Assembly (NCBI GenBank): GCA_963813715.1
Contig: CAWFAK010000012.1
Coordinates: forward strand, 256,001 to 320,000
From: an uncultured Planctomycetaceae bacterium
GTDB lineage: Bacteria > Planctomycetota > Planctomycetia > Planctomycetales > Planctomycetaceae
Length of the DNA stretch: 64,000 nt
Direction: 5' to 3'
In this document: positions 10,267 through 20,114 of the stretch, in pieces
Position numbering within the stretch: position 1 is the stretch's first letter
How the letters are laid out: each line of letters opens with the position of its first letter
Translations under genes and position numbers: made by a program
The notes under the pieces: model-generated
The model's database searches: none
Seen by the model: the letters and a program-made list of their open reading frames with translations, nothing else
What the model was told of the DNA's origin: nothing

Positions 10267-11526
10267 ATGGGGCTCTTCGATTTCTTCTGGCGGCTGTTTT
10301 CCCCGCGTCCCTCTCGACCTGAGCCGCGTGCCCCCCGCGCGGCAAGCGCCGCCGCAAGCCCTGGCTGGTCCCGCTGCGTCGACAAGTCGGCAGCACGACC
10401 TGGGAACTCAATAGCACCGTTCGCACCGCCACGCCGCCCTATGCCTTCGCACGGCTCGGAGTCGGCACCGATCGTTACCTCGACCTGTCGCAGGACGGCA
10501 GCGACGAGCGTCTGGCTCGCCACGCGTTCCCCGTCTTTCGCACGCCCGAGCAATTGGCCGCGTGGCTCGAGCTGCCGATGGGCCGCCTCGCCTGGCTCGT
10601 GCACCGCTATGCGGAAGACTCGCGTCCGCAGAACGAGCGCGACGCGCACTACCACTATCGCTGGATCAGCAAGCGGCGCGGCGGCCGACGCCTGATCGAA
10701 TCGCCCAAGCTCACGCTGAAGACCGCCCAAAAGCGGATCCTCCGCGAGATTCTCAACAAGGTGCCCCCGCACGACGACGGCCCACGGCTTCGCGGCCGGC
10801 CGCTCGATCCTCACCAACGCGCAGCCCCACGTGAAGCAGGCCGTGCTGGTAAAGTTCGACCTGGAAAACTTTTACCCCAGCGTCACCCTCTCCCGCGTGA
10901 CGGCCATCTTTCGCAGCCTGGGCTACAGTCGTGAAGCGTCCATTTGGCTGGCGCGGCTCACGACGTCGGCCCTGCCGGCCAACATGCCCTTCGTGAAGCA
11001 AGAACCTTCGGCCGTGCTGCCCTACCTCAAACGACATCTGCCGCAAGGCGCGCCGACTTCGCCGGCGCTCGCGAACCTGTCGGCCTATTCGCTCGACGTG
11101 CGACTCTCCGGCCTGGCCCGCTCGTTCGGCGCGACCTATACCCGCTATGCCGACGATCTCACTTTTTCCGGACCGCCGCGGTTCGGCACGTCGCTCCGCG
11201 ATTTCATCCCGCTTGTGTCGCAAATCGTGCGGCAGGAGCGGTTCCGTCTGAACGGAGCCAAGCGGAAGGTGCTCCGCTCGAGCGGCCGGCTGGTCGTCAC
11301 GGGGGTCGTGGTCAACGAAAAGCTCAACGTCTCGCGTCGCGAGTTCGACCGGCTGAAGGCCGTGCTGACCAACTGCCTCCGCCAAGGCCCCTCGACGCAG
11401 AACAAAGCCGGCCATCCGCACTTTGCCGCCCATCTACGCGGACGCGTCGCCCAGATGACCCAGCTCAATTCGGCCCGCGGTGCCCGACTCCTGGCGATTT
11501 ACAATCAAATCGATTGGAATCGTTAG
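10267..11526 (+). CDS. Retron-type reverse transcriptase (about 420 aa when two compensating frameshifts near 10335 and 10780 are corrected)
   Basis: Joined frames give KRRGGRRLIESPK, HGF, NAQPH (NAxxH), DLENFYPS, LPQGAPTSPALAN, YADD and VTG. Confidence 0.9.
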
Positions 11527-11544
11527 AAGCTAGGAACGCTTCGC

Positions 11545-12261
11545 ATGCTCCGCGAATTGCTGCTGATCTACATCACTCGTCCGATGGCGCGGCTGATCAT
11601 CCGCATGGGGGCCCTCCCCGCGCTGCGATTCTGCTTTCACCACGTGCGGGCGCTGGAACGACTCAACGACGAGTTGGAGAAGGATCTGGCCGAATGGATC
11701 CGCGGCTCGCTGTTGTTGCTCTTGATCACCGCCAACATGGAAGTGCTGCTCTGGCACAAGCTGATTCCTTACCCCGATTTGCTCGACGCCCACAAATGGT
11801 TCGGCGTCGGCCTGCGGATCATGCTGGCGATCGCCGTCATTCAAATGATGCCCGACCAGGAGCTGTTCACGGTCATTCACCCCGGCCCGCGAATCCCAAA
11901 GTTTCCCCCCTGCACCTCGCTGGCGGAAAAATTGCGGCTGTGCGCGAAGCCGGTGGGTCTCGGCATGTTCTGGCAGCACCTCAGCCGCTCTTCGCCCGTG
12001 TTCGCGATCCTGGCCGTGATCTTCACCGGCTGGATCGGCTGGTTCTGTTATGGCATGGCCTCCCTGCAATACTTGTTCATTGGCCTGGTCACGTCGCGCG
12101 ACCGGGCGATCGATGTGCTCTTGGTCTTCGACGAACAAATGGCCGCCCGCCGACACGAGCTCGTGCGGCAAGTGACCGTGCTCACGGAGTTCACCCGGAA
12201 CGAAGCCGCCTTCGATCAGTCGGAATTGCAGGTCCACAACGACTCGCACTGCGGCGATTAA
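11545..12261 (+). CDS. Hypothetical multi-pass membrane protein (candidate retron partner)
   Basis: 238-aa ORF with about 4 hydrophobic segments; starts 18 nt after the RT stop. Confidence 0.75.
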   Translation: MLRELLLIYITRPMARLIIRMGALPALRFCFHHVRALERLNDELEKDLAEWIRGSLLLLLITANMEVLLWHKLIPYPDLLDAHKWFGVGLRIMLAIAVIQMMPDQELFTVIHPGPRIPKFPPCTSLAEKLRLCAKPVGLGMFWQHLSRSSPVFAILAVIFTGWIGWFCYGMASLQYLFIGLVTSRDRAIDVLLVFDEQMAARRHELVRQVTVLTEFTRNEAAFDQSELQVHNDSHCGD

Positions 12262-12326
12262 TCTTCACGCGGGCCACCTGCGTAAGCTGGCGGGTGCTTT
12301 CAGAAAGCAGAAAGGTTGTCGAGCGC

Positions 12327-12932
12327 ATGGAAATCGAAGTAGCGGGCTCGCAGCCGGTCGACATCTACCGTTTGCTGATTTCCTGCGTCACGCCACGGCC
12401 CATCGCCTGGGTGACCAGCATCGACCGGGAAGGGCGGGTGAATCTGGCGCCGTTCAGCTTCTTCAACGCGTTCGGCGCGGACCCGCCGGTGGTCGTCTTC
12501 GCTCCGAACCGACGGAGCGACGGCTCGAAAAAGGACACGCTGGCCAACGTCGAAGCGACCGGCGATTTCGTGGTCAATGCGGCCGTCGCCGAGCTGGCGG
12601 AGGAGGTCAATCTGTCGTCCAAGGACTTGCCGCACGGCGAGAGCGAAGTCGAGCTGACCGGCCTGTCGGTGACGCCGTCCCGCAAGGTGAAATCCCCGCG
12701 GCTCGCAGAATCACCTTTGCACATGGAGTGCGTGCTGCGGCAGGTGATCCCGATCGGCGACCGCCAGTTGTCGGCCAACCTGGTGATCGGCGAGATCGTG
12801 CTCTTTCACGTCGACGACCGCCTGCTCGACGCCAACGGCCGCATCGACCCGCGCAAGATCAAAACGTTCGCCCGCCTCGGCGGCAACTACTACTGCCACA
12901 CAAGCGATCTGTTCGAGATGAAACGGCCTTGA
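12327..12932 (+). CDS. Flavin reductase-like FMN-binding protein
   Basis: ATG at 12327; PRPIAWV, NLAPFSFFN, KDTLAN and ARLGGN.Y motifs. Confidence 0.9.
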   Translation: MEIEVAGSQPVDIYRLLISCVTPRPIAWVTSIDREGRVNLAPFSFFNAFGADPPVVVFAPNRRSDGSKKDTLANVEATGDFVVNAAVAELAEEVNLSSKDLPHGESEVELTGLSVTPSRKVKSPRLAESPLHMECVLRQVIPIGDRQLSANLVIGEIVLFHVDDRLLDANGRIDPRKIKTFARLGGNYYCHTSDLFEMKRP

Positions 12933-12965
12933 CTGCAACTGGCCGTTCGCTCGCAGGCCCGCGGG

Positions 12966-13418
12966 TCATGACAGCCTGAGTTGCATCGTCTCGTTTTTGT
13001 GCGACGAGAATCCCAATCGCTCGTAGAGCTGTCTGGCTCGGGCGTTCCTGGGCGTCACCTCGAGTCGCACGGCGACGGCTTCGTTCCATTCGTTGTCGAT
13101 CAAGTGCCGGACAAAATCGGCGCCGATTCCTTGCCCGCGGCAGGGCGGAGCGACGTACAACTCATCGATGATGAGCACGTTGCCGCCGCACTCGTTGCTC
13201 CAGAAGTTGATGAGGACCGCGTAGCCGACGATCTGGCCATCCCGGTCGATTACTAAGATCGCACCCTTCTCGGGGTGTGCTGCGAGTTCATGCAGAGTGC
13301 GCGAGAAGTTCTCGTCCGGCACCGGCCGCTCCGCCGGATCTTCTTCGTAGAGTTGTCGCATGAGTCCCACGAGAGCCGCGTGATCGGTGTGAGCGACATT
13401 TCGATACTGAATCGGCAT
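12966..13418 (-). CDS. GNAT family N-acetyltransferase
   Basis: ELYVAPPCRGQGIG and N.RARQLYERLGF motifs. Confidence 0.9.
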   Translation of the reverse strand: MPIQYRNVAHTDHAALVGLMRQLYEEDPAERPVPDENFSRTLHELAAHPEKGAILVIDRDGQIVGYAVLINFWSNECGGNVLIIDELYVAPPCRGQGIGADFVRHLIDNEWNEAVAVRLEVTPRNARARQLYERLGFSSHKNETMQLRLS

Positions 13419-13456
13419 TTGCAGGTGCGAAACTCGCGGATTGAAGAAAACGAAGA

Positions 13457-13485
13457 CACTGGCGGACGAGCCGCCAGTGCCACCC
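13457..13485. repeat. Single REP-like unit (family A)
   Basis: CACTGGCGGACGAGCCGCCAGTGCCACCC, nearly identical to 9171-9199 and identical to 52766-52794. Confidence 0.8.
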
Positions 13486-13496
13486 GACGCCTGCCG

Positions 13497-14708
13497 CTAC
13501 GAGTTCTTCTTCGCGGGCGACTTAGCCTTGTCGCGGGCCAGCTTCAGTTTCTTCTGCGCTTGTTCATTCTGCGGATCGGCGGCCGCCCATTTCTCCAAGA
13601 GCGGCAGCGCCTTGTCGTATTCGCCTTTCTCGAAATAGGCATCGGCCAGGCCGACTGTGCCGGCGTGTACTCCGGGGATTTTCTCCACCATCTCTTTCCA
13701 GATCTTGATCGCGCCGTCGGTGTCGCCCTTGGCGGAGAGCACGCGGGCCAGGCCGTTCATCGCCCCGGCGGCGCCGGGTTCCGCGGCGATGGCTCGCTCA
13801 AAATACGGTTTGGCGCCGTCCAAGTCTCCCTCAGTCAGCAGGCACCAGCCCATGCCATTGAGAGCGTTGGCGTCTTTGGGATTCTTGGTCACCAGCGGGT
13901 TCAAGATGGCCTTCGCCTCGGCATGGCGTCCCTGGTTGATCAAGGCCCACGCGCGGCCGACCTCCGCCTGCGCGGGACTCGGCTCGATTTGCTCAAGCAG
14001 TTCCGCGGTAAGTTTCTTGGCTTGCGCCGCTTTCAGCATCTCCTGCACGGAAGGATCGGTCTCGCCTTCGGCCAGGATCTTTTTCGCGTACTTCTCGGCT
14101 TGATCGTACTTGCCGGTGAGCAGGTACAGCTTCGCCAAACCGTACCAGGCGGCCGAGGCCTGCGGCGCGGCTTTGAGCAGATATTCCTCGGCCTCGCGGT
14201 AGTTGCGTTGCGACAGCGCGATCTGCCCCAGGCCGTTCAGCGCGGCCGGATGCTTGGGCTCGAGGGCAATCACTTTCTTGAAAGCCGTTTGGGCCGCGTC
14301 CGCTTTGCCGCTGTTGAAACTGGCCCAGCCGAGGCCGTTCCACGCGGCGGCGTTCTTGGGATCGAGCTTGACCGCCGCCTCGAACTTTTCGATCGCCGGC
14401 TTGAGTTCTTGCTTTTGCCACAGCTGCCAGCCTTCGGCCGACAGTGCGGCGGCTTTCTCTTCGGAGTCGCCTGCAACGGCGGTCGAGTCGAGCCGCACCG
14501 CGACAGTCGACGAAACCACAATCGCCGCCACCACCAGGGCCAGGACGGCAAAACCGGCGCCGAGCAAAATCTTGCGACGTAAACGTCGGCGGTCTTCACT
14601 CTTGAGCGAAGAGACGAGCAGATCGTCGGCTCGCCGCACGGCATCGTCGAGACGCGCCTGTTCGAGGTTCGATTCCGAGTACGGAGGATTCGAGTTGTGT
14701 GCCGACAT
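13497..14708 (-). CDS. Membrane-anchored tetratricopeptide repeat protein
   Basis: One TM segment followed by multiple TPRs (AWNGLGW, ALNGLG, AMNGLA). Confidence 0.88.
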   Translation of the reverse strand: MSAHNSNPPYSESNLEQARLDDAVRRADDLLVSSLKSEDRRRLRRKILLGAGFAVLALVVAAIVVSSTVAVRLDSTAVAGDSEEKAAALSAEGWQLWQKQELKPAIEKFEAAVKLDPKNAAAWNGLGWASFNSGKADAAQTAFKKVIALEPKHPAALNGLGQIALSQRNYREAEEYLLKAAPQASAAWYGLAKLYLLTGKYDQAEKYAKKILAEGETDPSVQEMLKAAQAKKLTAELLEQIEPSPAQAEVGRAWALINQGRHAEAKAILNPLVTKNPKDANALNGMGWCLLTEGDLDGAKPYFERAIAAEPGAAGAMNGLARVLSAKGDTDGAIKIWKEMVEKIPGVHAGTVGLADAYFEKGEYDKALPLLEKWAAADPQNEQAQKKLKLARDKAKSPAKKNS

Positions 14709-14787
14709 GATTCTTCTTCCTTTGGACCACCGCGAAGAACGGCGATCGTCATTGCGAGAATCAGACGCGAGTGATTGGAACGGACTC

Positions 14788-15165
14788 TTAGATTCGTTTA
14801 ATCAGCCGGGCCGCGCTCTCGGCGGTGGTCTTTCCCGGTTCGATGGCGTCGAGCAGGTTGCCGCGGACGCGTTGTGTTTTCGCGATCTCGCCGCGAAGGG
14901 CCTCGATCACCTTGTCGAGCCGCGAACGAATCGTCGGATACGAAACGCCGACTTGCTCGGCAATCTCCTTGAGGTTGCCGCCGGCCAGCAAAAACATCTC
15001 GATGAATCGCTGGTGCTCGACCGGCAGGCCGGCAATGCGCGACATGGGAAACTCGGCCGTGATCGACACCCGGCACCCGCCGCAGGTCATCTGCGTCACC
15101 GCCATGGGCGTGCCGCAGTAAGGACATTCGTTGCTGACGCTGGAGTGGGGGAGGGATTCAGTCAC
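14788..15165 (-). CDS. DUF2089-family protein (zinc ribbon plus HTH); start may be GTG 15165 or TTG 15195
   Basis: CPYCG...CGGC, then GNLKEIAEQVGVSYPTIRSRLD. Confidence 0.85.
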   Translation of the reverse strand: MTESLPHSSVSNECPYCGTPMAVTQMTCGGCRVSITAEFPMSRIAGLPVEHQRFIEMFLLAGGNLKEIAEQVGVSYPTIRSRLDKVIEALRGEIAKTQRVRGNLLDAIEPGKTTAESAARLIKRI

Positions 15166-15370
15166 GGCTTTGTTTCTCGCACCCAGATTATCCAATAACT
15201 CAATAAAATCAATATTAAATCAGTAATTTTTTCGTTTTATCAACAACAGCCTCCGGCGCCGGGCGGTCACTGCCGACTTGACGCCGTCCTCCGAGCGACT
15301 TGAAATCAACTCTCCGTGATTACCCCCCGCCCCGGCCGCACGCAGCACGTTGCAATAAGGTCTCGCCTCC

Positions 15371-16471
15371 ATGAAAGCCGTTGCCGTTCGTCCCGGCAGA
15401 AAAAATAGCGTCCATCTCACCGACGTGCCGATGCCGCGGTTGGATGATGTGCCGGGCGGGCGCGGCGTGTTGGTCAAGGTGCTGAGGATCGGCGTGGACG
15501 CCACCGATCGCGAGATCAACGAGGCCCTCTACGGCAACGCGCCGCCGGGCGATGACTTTTTGGTGCTGGGGCACGAGTCGTTTGGCCGCGTCGAGGCGGT
15601 CGGCCCCAAGGTCACTCATGTAAAGCCGGGCGACTACGTCACCTGCACCGTGCGGCGGCCCGGCCATTCGATCTTCGACCAGATCGGCCGCTCCGACATT
15701 ACCAGCGAGGAGATTTACTACGAGCGGGGCATCAATCTGCTGCACGGTTTTATGACCGAGTATTACGTCGACGATTGCCAGTTCGTGGTGCGGATGCCCG
15801 TCGGGCTCAAGCATCTGCACATTCTGGCCGAGCCGATGAGCTGCGCCGCCAAGGCCGTGCAACAAGCGTACGAAGCCCAGCGCCGCCTGCAGGTGTGGGA
15901 GCCCAAGCGGGCCTTCGTCACCGGCGCCGGTCAGATCGGCCTGCTGTCGACGCTGATCCTGCGGCTGCGGGGGCTCGAGGTCTACACGGTCGCCCGCACG
16001 CCCCAGCCGTGCCGAAAGGCCGAAATTGCCGAGGGATTCGGCGCGCACTACATCAGCACGCGGGAGACGCCGCTCGCCCAGCTGGTGGAGCGCGTAGGCA
16101 AGCCCGACTTGATCATCGAGGCCACGGGCAGCAGCGCGGTCGCCTTCCAGGCGATGGAAATCATCGGGCACAACGGGGTCGTCGTTTGGACAAGCATCAC
16201 CGGCGGCCAGCGGTCGATCGAGATCCCGGCCGACAAGGTGAACCTGAACTGGGTCCTGGGCAACAAGCTGCTCGTCGGCTCGGTGAACGCGAATTTTCGC
16301 CACTTCGAGATGGGGATCGCCGACCTGGCACTGGGCGAAATGACCTATCCCGGCGTGATCGAGCGGATTTTGACGAACCCCGTCGACGGCCTCGAGAATT
16401 ACCACGAGATGATGCGGCTGCTGATGGAGGAGCAGGCGCTCAAGGTGTTCGTCAACGTGGCCGAAGCCTGA
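15371..16471 (+). CDS. Zinc-dependent glucose 1-dehydrogenase-like MDR oxidoreductase
   Basis: [28 protein letters not shown] and GSVNAN motifs. Confidence 0.85.
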   Translation: MKAVAVRPGRKNSVHLTDVPMPRLDDVPGGRGVLVKVLRIGVDATDREINEALYGNAPPGDDFLVLGHESFGRVEAVGPKVTHVKPGDYVTCTVRRPGHSIFDQIGRSDITSEEIYYERGINLLHGFMTEYYVDDCQFVVRMPVGLKHLHILAEPMSCAAKAVQQAYEAQRRLQVWEPKRAFVTGAGQIGLLSTLILRLRGLEVYTVARTPQPCRKAEIAEGFGAHYISTRETPLAQLVERVGKPDLIIEATGSSAVAFQAMEIIGHNGVVVWTSITGGQRSIEIPADKVNLNWVLGNKLLVGSVNANFRHFEMGIADLALGEMTYPGVIERILTNPVDGLENYHEMMRLLMEEQALKVFVNVAEA

Positions 16472-16498
16472 CGCGAGCGCCGCAGCCGGGCACAAGCG

Positions 16499-16636
16499 TC
16501 ACTCGTCCTTGAAGTGCTCCTGCGCGTTTTTGGGAATCCGCGCCAGGCGAATTCGCCAGTAGATCCCGGCCGCCAGCAGCAAAACGACGATCGCGATCAT
16601 TCCCAGTTCGATGGGTCCCAAGTCTCCGATATGCAT
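16499..16636 (-). CDS. Small single-pass membrane protein (45 aa)
   Basis: ATG at 16636 preceded by GGGAGG; MHIGDLGPIELGMIAIVVLLLAAGIYWR... Confidence 0.55.
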   Translation of the reverse strand: MHIGDLGPIELGMIAIVVLLLAAGIYWRIRLARIPKNAQEHFKDE

Positions 16637-16711
16637 GGCCGCCTCCCTATAACCGAGTGAGCCAGTGCACGTTGGACCTGGCCCGCTCAGTATAACGCCG
16701 GGCACGCCGCG

Positions 16712-17503
16712 TTAGATCACAAAGTCGGTCCGGCGGCCGAGAATGCGGTCGATCAGGTCCTGCGAGAGGTCGATCGCGACGGCCGTGTCGCGGCTGAAAT
16801 CGGTCGGATTGATGCCGCAATAGACGGACCACGGGCCCAGATGTCTCCACCGGCCGGCGCGGTGGGGTTCGCTGGGCAGCACGGGGGTCGTGCAGCGGTT
16901 GCAACCGATGGTCGAGTACCCCTGAGCATGTAGCGGATTGACGATCACCCGGTGCCGGGCGACATATTCTTCCATCTGCGCGTCGGTCAGGTTGACGAGC
17001 GGATTGATCCGCAGGCAGTTCATCTCGGGATCGACGGCCAGAATGGGGCAGGCTTCGCGCTGGCCGCCTTCGCCACGCCGCAAGCCGCCCAACAGCGCGT
17101 CGAATTGGCCTTTGACCGTAAGTAGCGGCTCGTTCTTGCGCATGTGGCAGCATTGCTGCTGCCCCTCGGTCGACAGGTACAGCACGCCGTATTGCGCCGT
17201 CTGCTCGGCCATCGACTGGCGGGGCTTGAGCGTGACGACCTCCATGCCGTATTCCCGGGCGATGCGGTCCCGCGTCTCGAGGGTCTCCTCGAACATCACT
17301 CCCGTGTCGACAAACACGACCTTCATCGACGAGCCCAGCTCGTGCAGCATGTGGCACATGACGCTGCCCGCTTTTTGCATGGCCGACAGGGCGGCTACGC
17401 GGGTGCCGAAGACGTCGCAGGTCCAGCGGATCAATTCCTGCGGTGTGCGCTCCTCGAAGGTCTGGTTAATCTCAATGAGGTCCGCTTGCGTAAACCTCGC
17501 CAT
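16712..17503 (-). CDS. cysH: (Phospho)adenylyl-sulfate reductase with Fe-S cluster-type cysteines
   Basis: [25 protein letters not shown] and CGI motifs. Confidence 0.88.
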   Translation of the reverse strand: MARFTQADLIEINQTFEERTPQELIRWTCDVFGTRVAALSAMQKAGSVMCHMLHELGSSMKVVFVDTGVMFEETLETRDRIAREYGMEVVTLKPRQSMAEQTAQYGVLYLSTEGQQQCCHMRKNEPLLTVKGQFDALLGGLRRGEGGQREACPILAVDPEMNCLRINPLVNLTDAQMEEYVARHRVIVNPLHAQGYSTIGCNRCTTPVLPSEPHRAGRWRHLGPWSVYCGINPTDFSRDTAVAIDLSQDLIDRILGRRTDFVI

Positions 17504-17930
17504 CCGAACCTTTCCAAATTCACAAAAATCGACTGAACGGCCTACTGGCGGCCTCATTGTAGAACGTACGAGTTATTGCTGTCACCTCCGTTGCCGGAGA
17601 CTCATCGATTGCGGTGCGTCCCCAGCTGAGGGAGAAAGAATTTGGCACTAAGTGCCGTCTGCGATGAGAATTAGGAGCGGGCGGCGGCCCACGGCGGCGT
17701 GGGAAACCGGTGGCCGAGCGGGGAACGCGGGAACCGATCGACCAGGCCGCCGGCCGCCGGGTCGGCCCGCGGACGAACCGTTCGCACACGGATGACATTC
17801 AGCCGCGCGGGGGCCTAGAATAGCCGTTTCGCGGGGTGCACGTCCTCATCATCGCCGTTCATCCGCATTCGTTTGAGCCGTACCGAAACCAGTCAGCCGA
17901 ACGATCGGCACACACAATCGAGGTTGTCCG

Positions 17931-20114
17931 ATGAATCGCCCGCTTTGGGGGATTTTGTTGTTGCTCAGCATGCTGGCGGTCGTGTCGGGCTGCTCGTCCG
18001 ACTCGAAGTCGGAGCCGGGCGCGAAGACCGATCCTGCCTCTCCCGACGCTGCCACAGCCGCGGCCGGCGGCGCCCCTGCCGGCGGCAACCCGCTGGGGGC
18101 CGGTCGTTTGCTCTCCGACAACGTGAGCAAGAAACCGTCGCTTGAGGGCAAGTGGATCCTGTTGTTCTTCGAGCGGATGTCGGGCGTGGAAGTGCCGGCC
18201 GCCCTGTTGGACATCTCCAAGGGGTCCAACGGCAAGCTGAAGCCGATCGTCAAAGGTTACGGCAAGATGCTGACGAACCCGCGTTTGCGCCGGGCCGAGG
18301 CCACCGATAAAACGCTGCACATGGCGCTCGAGATGACCGTCGCCACGGTGGGGCCCAATCGCCAGCCGACGCATGATACGAAACTGCTCGACATCCAGAT
18401 CGATCTGCAGAACGGCTTGGCTCGCGGCAGCGCCCAGTTCGAGCCGATGGACGCCTTTGCCGTAATGCTCGTCCCGACCGAGCTCGACAACATTCAGAGC
18501 TTGACCCCGGTGCAGTTGCCCGAATCGGCCGATCTGCAGTCAAGCAAGGAGGCAACGCCCGAGCAGGCCATGGAGCAGCTCTACTCGTTCGTTCACGCGC
18601 ATCCCGACAGCCCGCTCACGCTCGAGATGTATCCCTACGTCTTCCGGGGCGCGCCGGCCAAGAAGCTGGACGAAGCCGCCATTAACGCCGAGGCCGACAA
18701 GTACGCGGAATTGGCGCAGCGCTGGTCGCCGCGGCTGGGCTTCAAGTCGCGGATCGACGTGGCCGCCGCGCTGATTCCCACCGGCTACATGCCCAAGGCC
18801 TCGCTCAAGCAGATCGAAATCGCCCAGAAAAATCTGACGGAGGAACGCATTCCGGTCTGGAAGCAGCTGCTGGGCGACATGAAGGACGCCGTCCTGTCCA
18901 ACCTGGCTCTCACCCAGATTCAAAACGGCACGCCGGAAGAAAAAACGAAGGCCGCCCAAACGCTCCGCGAGCGGCTCAAGCTGCAGCCGTTTAACCCCAT
19001 CGCCTTGTACGAGCTGGCCCGCTACGACGAACAGCAGGGCAAGAAGCAAGAGGCGCTCCGCGGGTATGCCGAAGTCGCGGTGCTGCCGATGTTCGACGTC
19101 ATGCTCGACACGATGTGGAAGCAGGACCAGTCGCAACACGATCCTCCCAAGCAGACGGCCGAAACGCTCTGGAAGGGGCTGCACGGCGGCAAGCTCGACG
19201 GCTTCGACGCCTACCTCGACAAGGTCTACGCGGAGGCGATGCCCAAGGGCAAAGGCAAGAAAGTCGAGCCTCGCTCGAAGCAGACCGACAACCGCGTCGT
19301 GTTGTGCGAGCTCTTCACGGGAGCCGATTGCGGCCCCTGCGTGGCGGCCGACGTCGCCTTCTCAGAATTGGTGAAGAACTACGCGCCCAGCGAAGTGGTC
19401 GCGCTGGAATATCACGAGCACATTCCCCACCCGGATGCGCTCGCCAACAGCGATACCGAGCAGCGGTTCCAGTTCTATTTCCCGGAACGCGGCGGCACGC
19501 CGACGTTCGTGATCTCGGGCAAGCCCGTGCAGGTGGGCGGCTATTTGCACCAAGCAGAGGAGGTCTACTCCACGCTCCACGGGCAGGTCGACCTGATGCT
19601 GCTGCGAAAGACCACCGTCCGCATCGACCTCAAGGCTCAGCCCAAGGACGGAGCGGTCGCCGTGACGGCCGAAGCGAACGGCTCCTTCGCCGCGACCGAC
19701 CCGGTTCGTCTGCGGCTCGTGCTGGCCGAGGAGCGCGTCGGTCTGCGGGGATCCAACGGCGTCCGCGAGCACGACATGGTGGTTCGCGCGATGCCGGGAG
19801 GCACCTCGGGCATCGAGCTCAAGGACGGCAAGCTCCGTTACGAGGGAAAGATCGACATCAGCAAGATCAAGCGCGAGCTCGACGATTACCTGCGGGCTTA
19901 CGAAGAGGCGAACAAGACCACATTCCCCCTCAAGCCGCTCGATCTGTCGCACCTGCGCCTCGTGGCCTTCGTGCAGAATGACCAGACGAAAGAGGTCTAC
20001 CAGGCCGCCTCGATCCCATTCCCGACCGGGTCGGCTCCCGCAGCGGGGAAGGCGCAGGCCTCGGCCGAAAAGACGAAAGGCGCGGCTCCCGCCGTCAGCA
20101 AGGCCTCACCGTGA
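17931..20114 (+). CDS. Lipoprotein with helical repeats and a C-terminal thioredoxin-like (CxxC) domain
   Basis: Lipobox-like VVSGC; ELFTGADCGPCVAAD, LEYH and GGTPTF motifs. Confidence 0.75.
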   Translation: MNRPLWGILLLLSMLAVVSGCSSDSKSEPGAKTDPASPDAATAAAGGAPAGGNPLGAGRLLSDNVSKKPSLEGKWILLFFERMSGVEVPAALLDISKGSNGKLKPIVKGYGKMLTNPRLRRAEATDKTLHMALEMTVATVGPNRQPTHDTKLLDIQIDLQNGLARGSAQFEPMDAFAVMLVPTELDNIQSLTPVQLPESADLQSSKEATPEQAMEQLYSFVHAHPDSPLTLEMYPYVFRGAPAKKLDEAAINAEADKYAELAQRWSPRLGFKSRIDVAAALIPTGYMPKASLKQIEIAQKNLTEERIPVWKQLLGDMKDAVLSNLALTQIQNGTPEEKTKAAQTLRERLKLQPFNPIALYELARYDEQQGKKQEALRGYAEVAVLPMFDVMLDTMWKQDQSQHDPPKQTAETLWKGLHGGKLDGFDAYLDKVYAEAMPKGKGKKVEPRSKQTDNRVVLCELFTGADCGPCVAADVAFSELVKNYAPSEVVALEYHEHIPHPDALANSDTEQRFQFYFPERGGTPTFVISGKPVQVGGYLHQAEEVYSTLHGQVDLMLLRKTTVRIDLKAQPKDGAVAVTAEANGSFAATDPVRLRLVLAEERVGLRGSNGVREHDMVVRAMPGGTSGIELKDGKLRYEGKIDISKIKRELDDYLRAYEEANKTTFPLKPLDLSHLRLVAFVQNDQTKEVYQAASIPFPTGSAPAAGKAQASAEKTKGAAPAVSKASP

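Noticed and set aside
10267..11526. Group II intron
   Set aside because: No maturase X domain or domain V/VI-like RNA seen downstream; NAxxH and VTG motifs point to a retron
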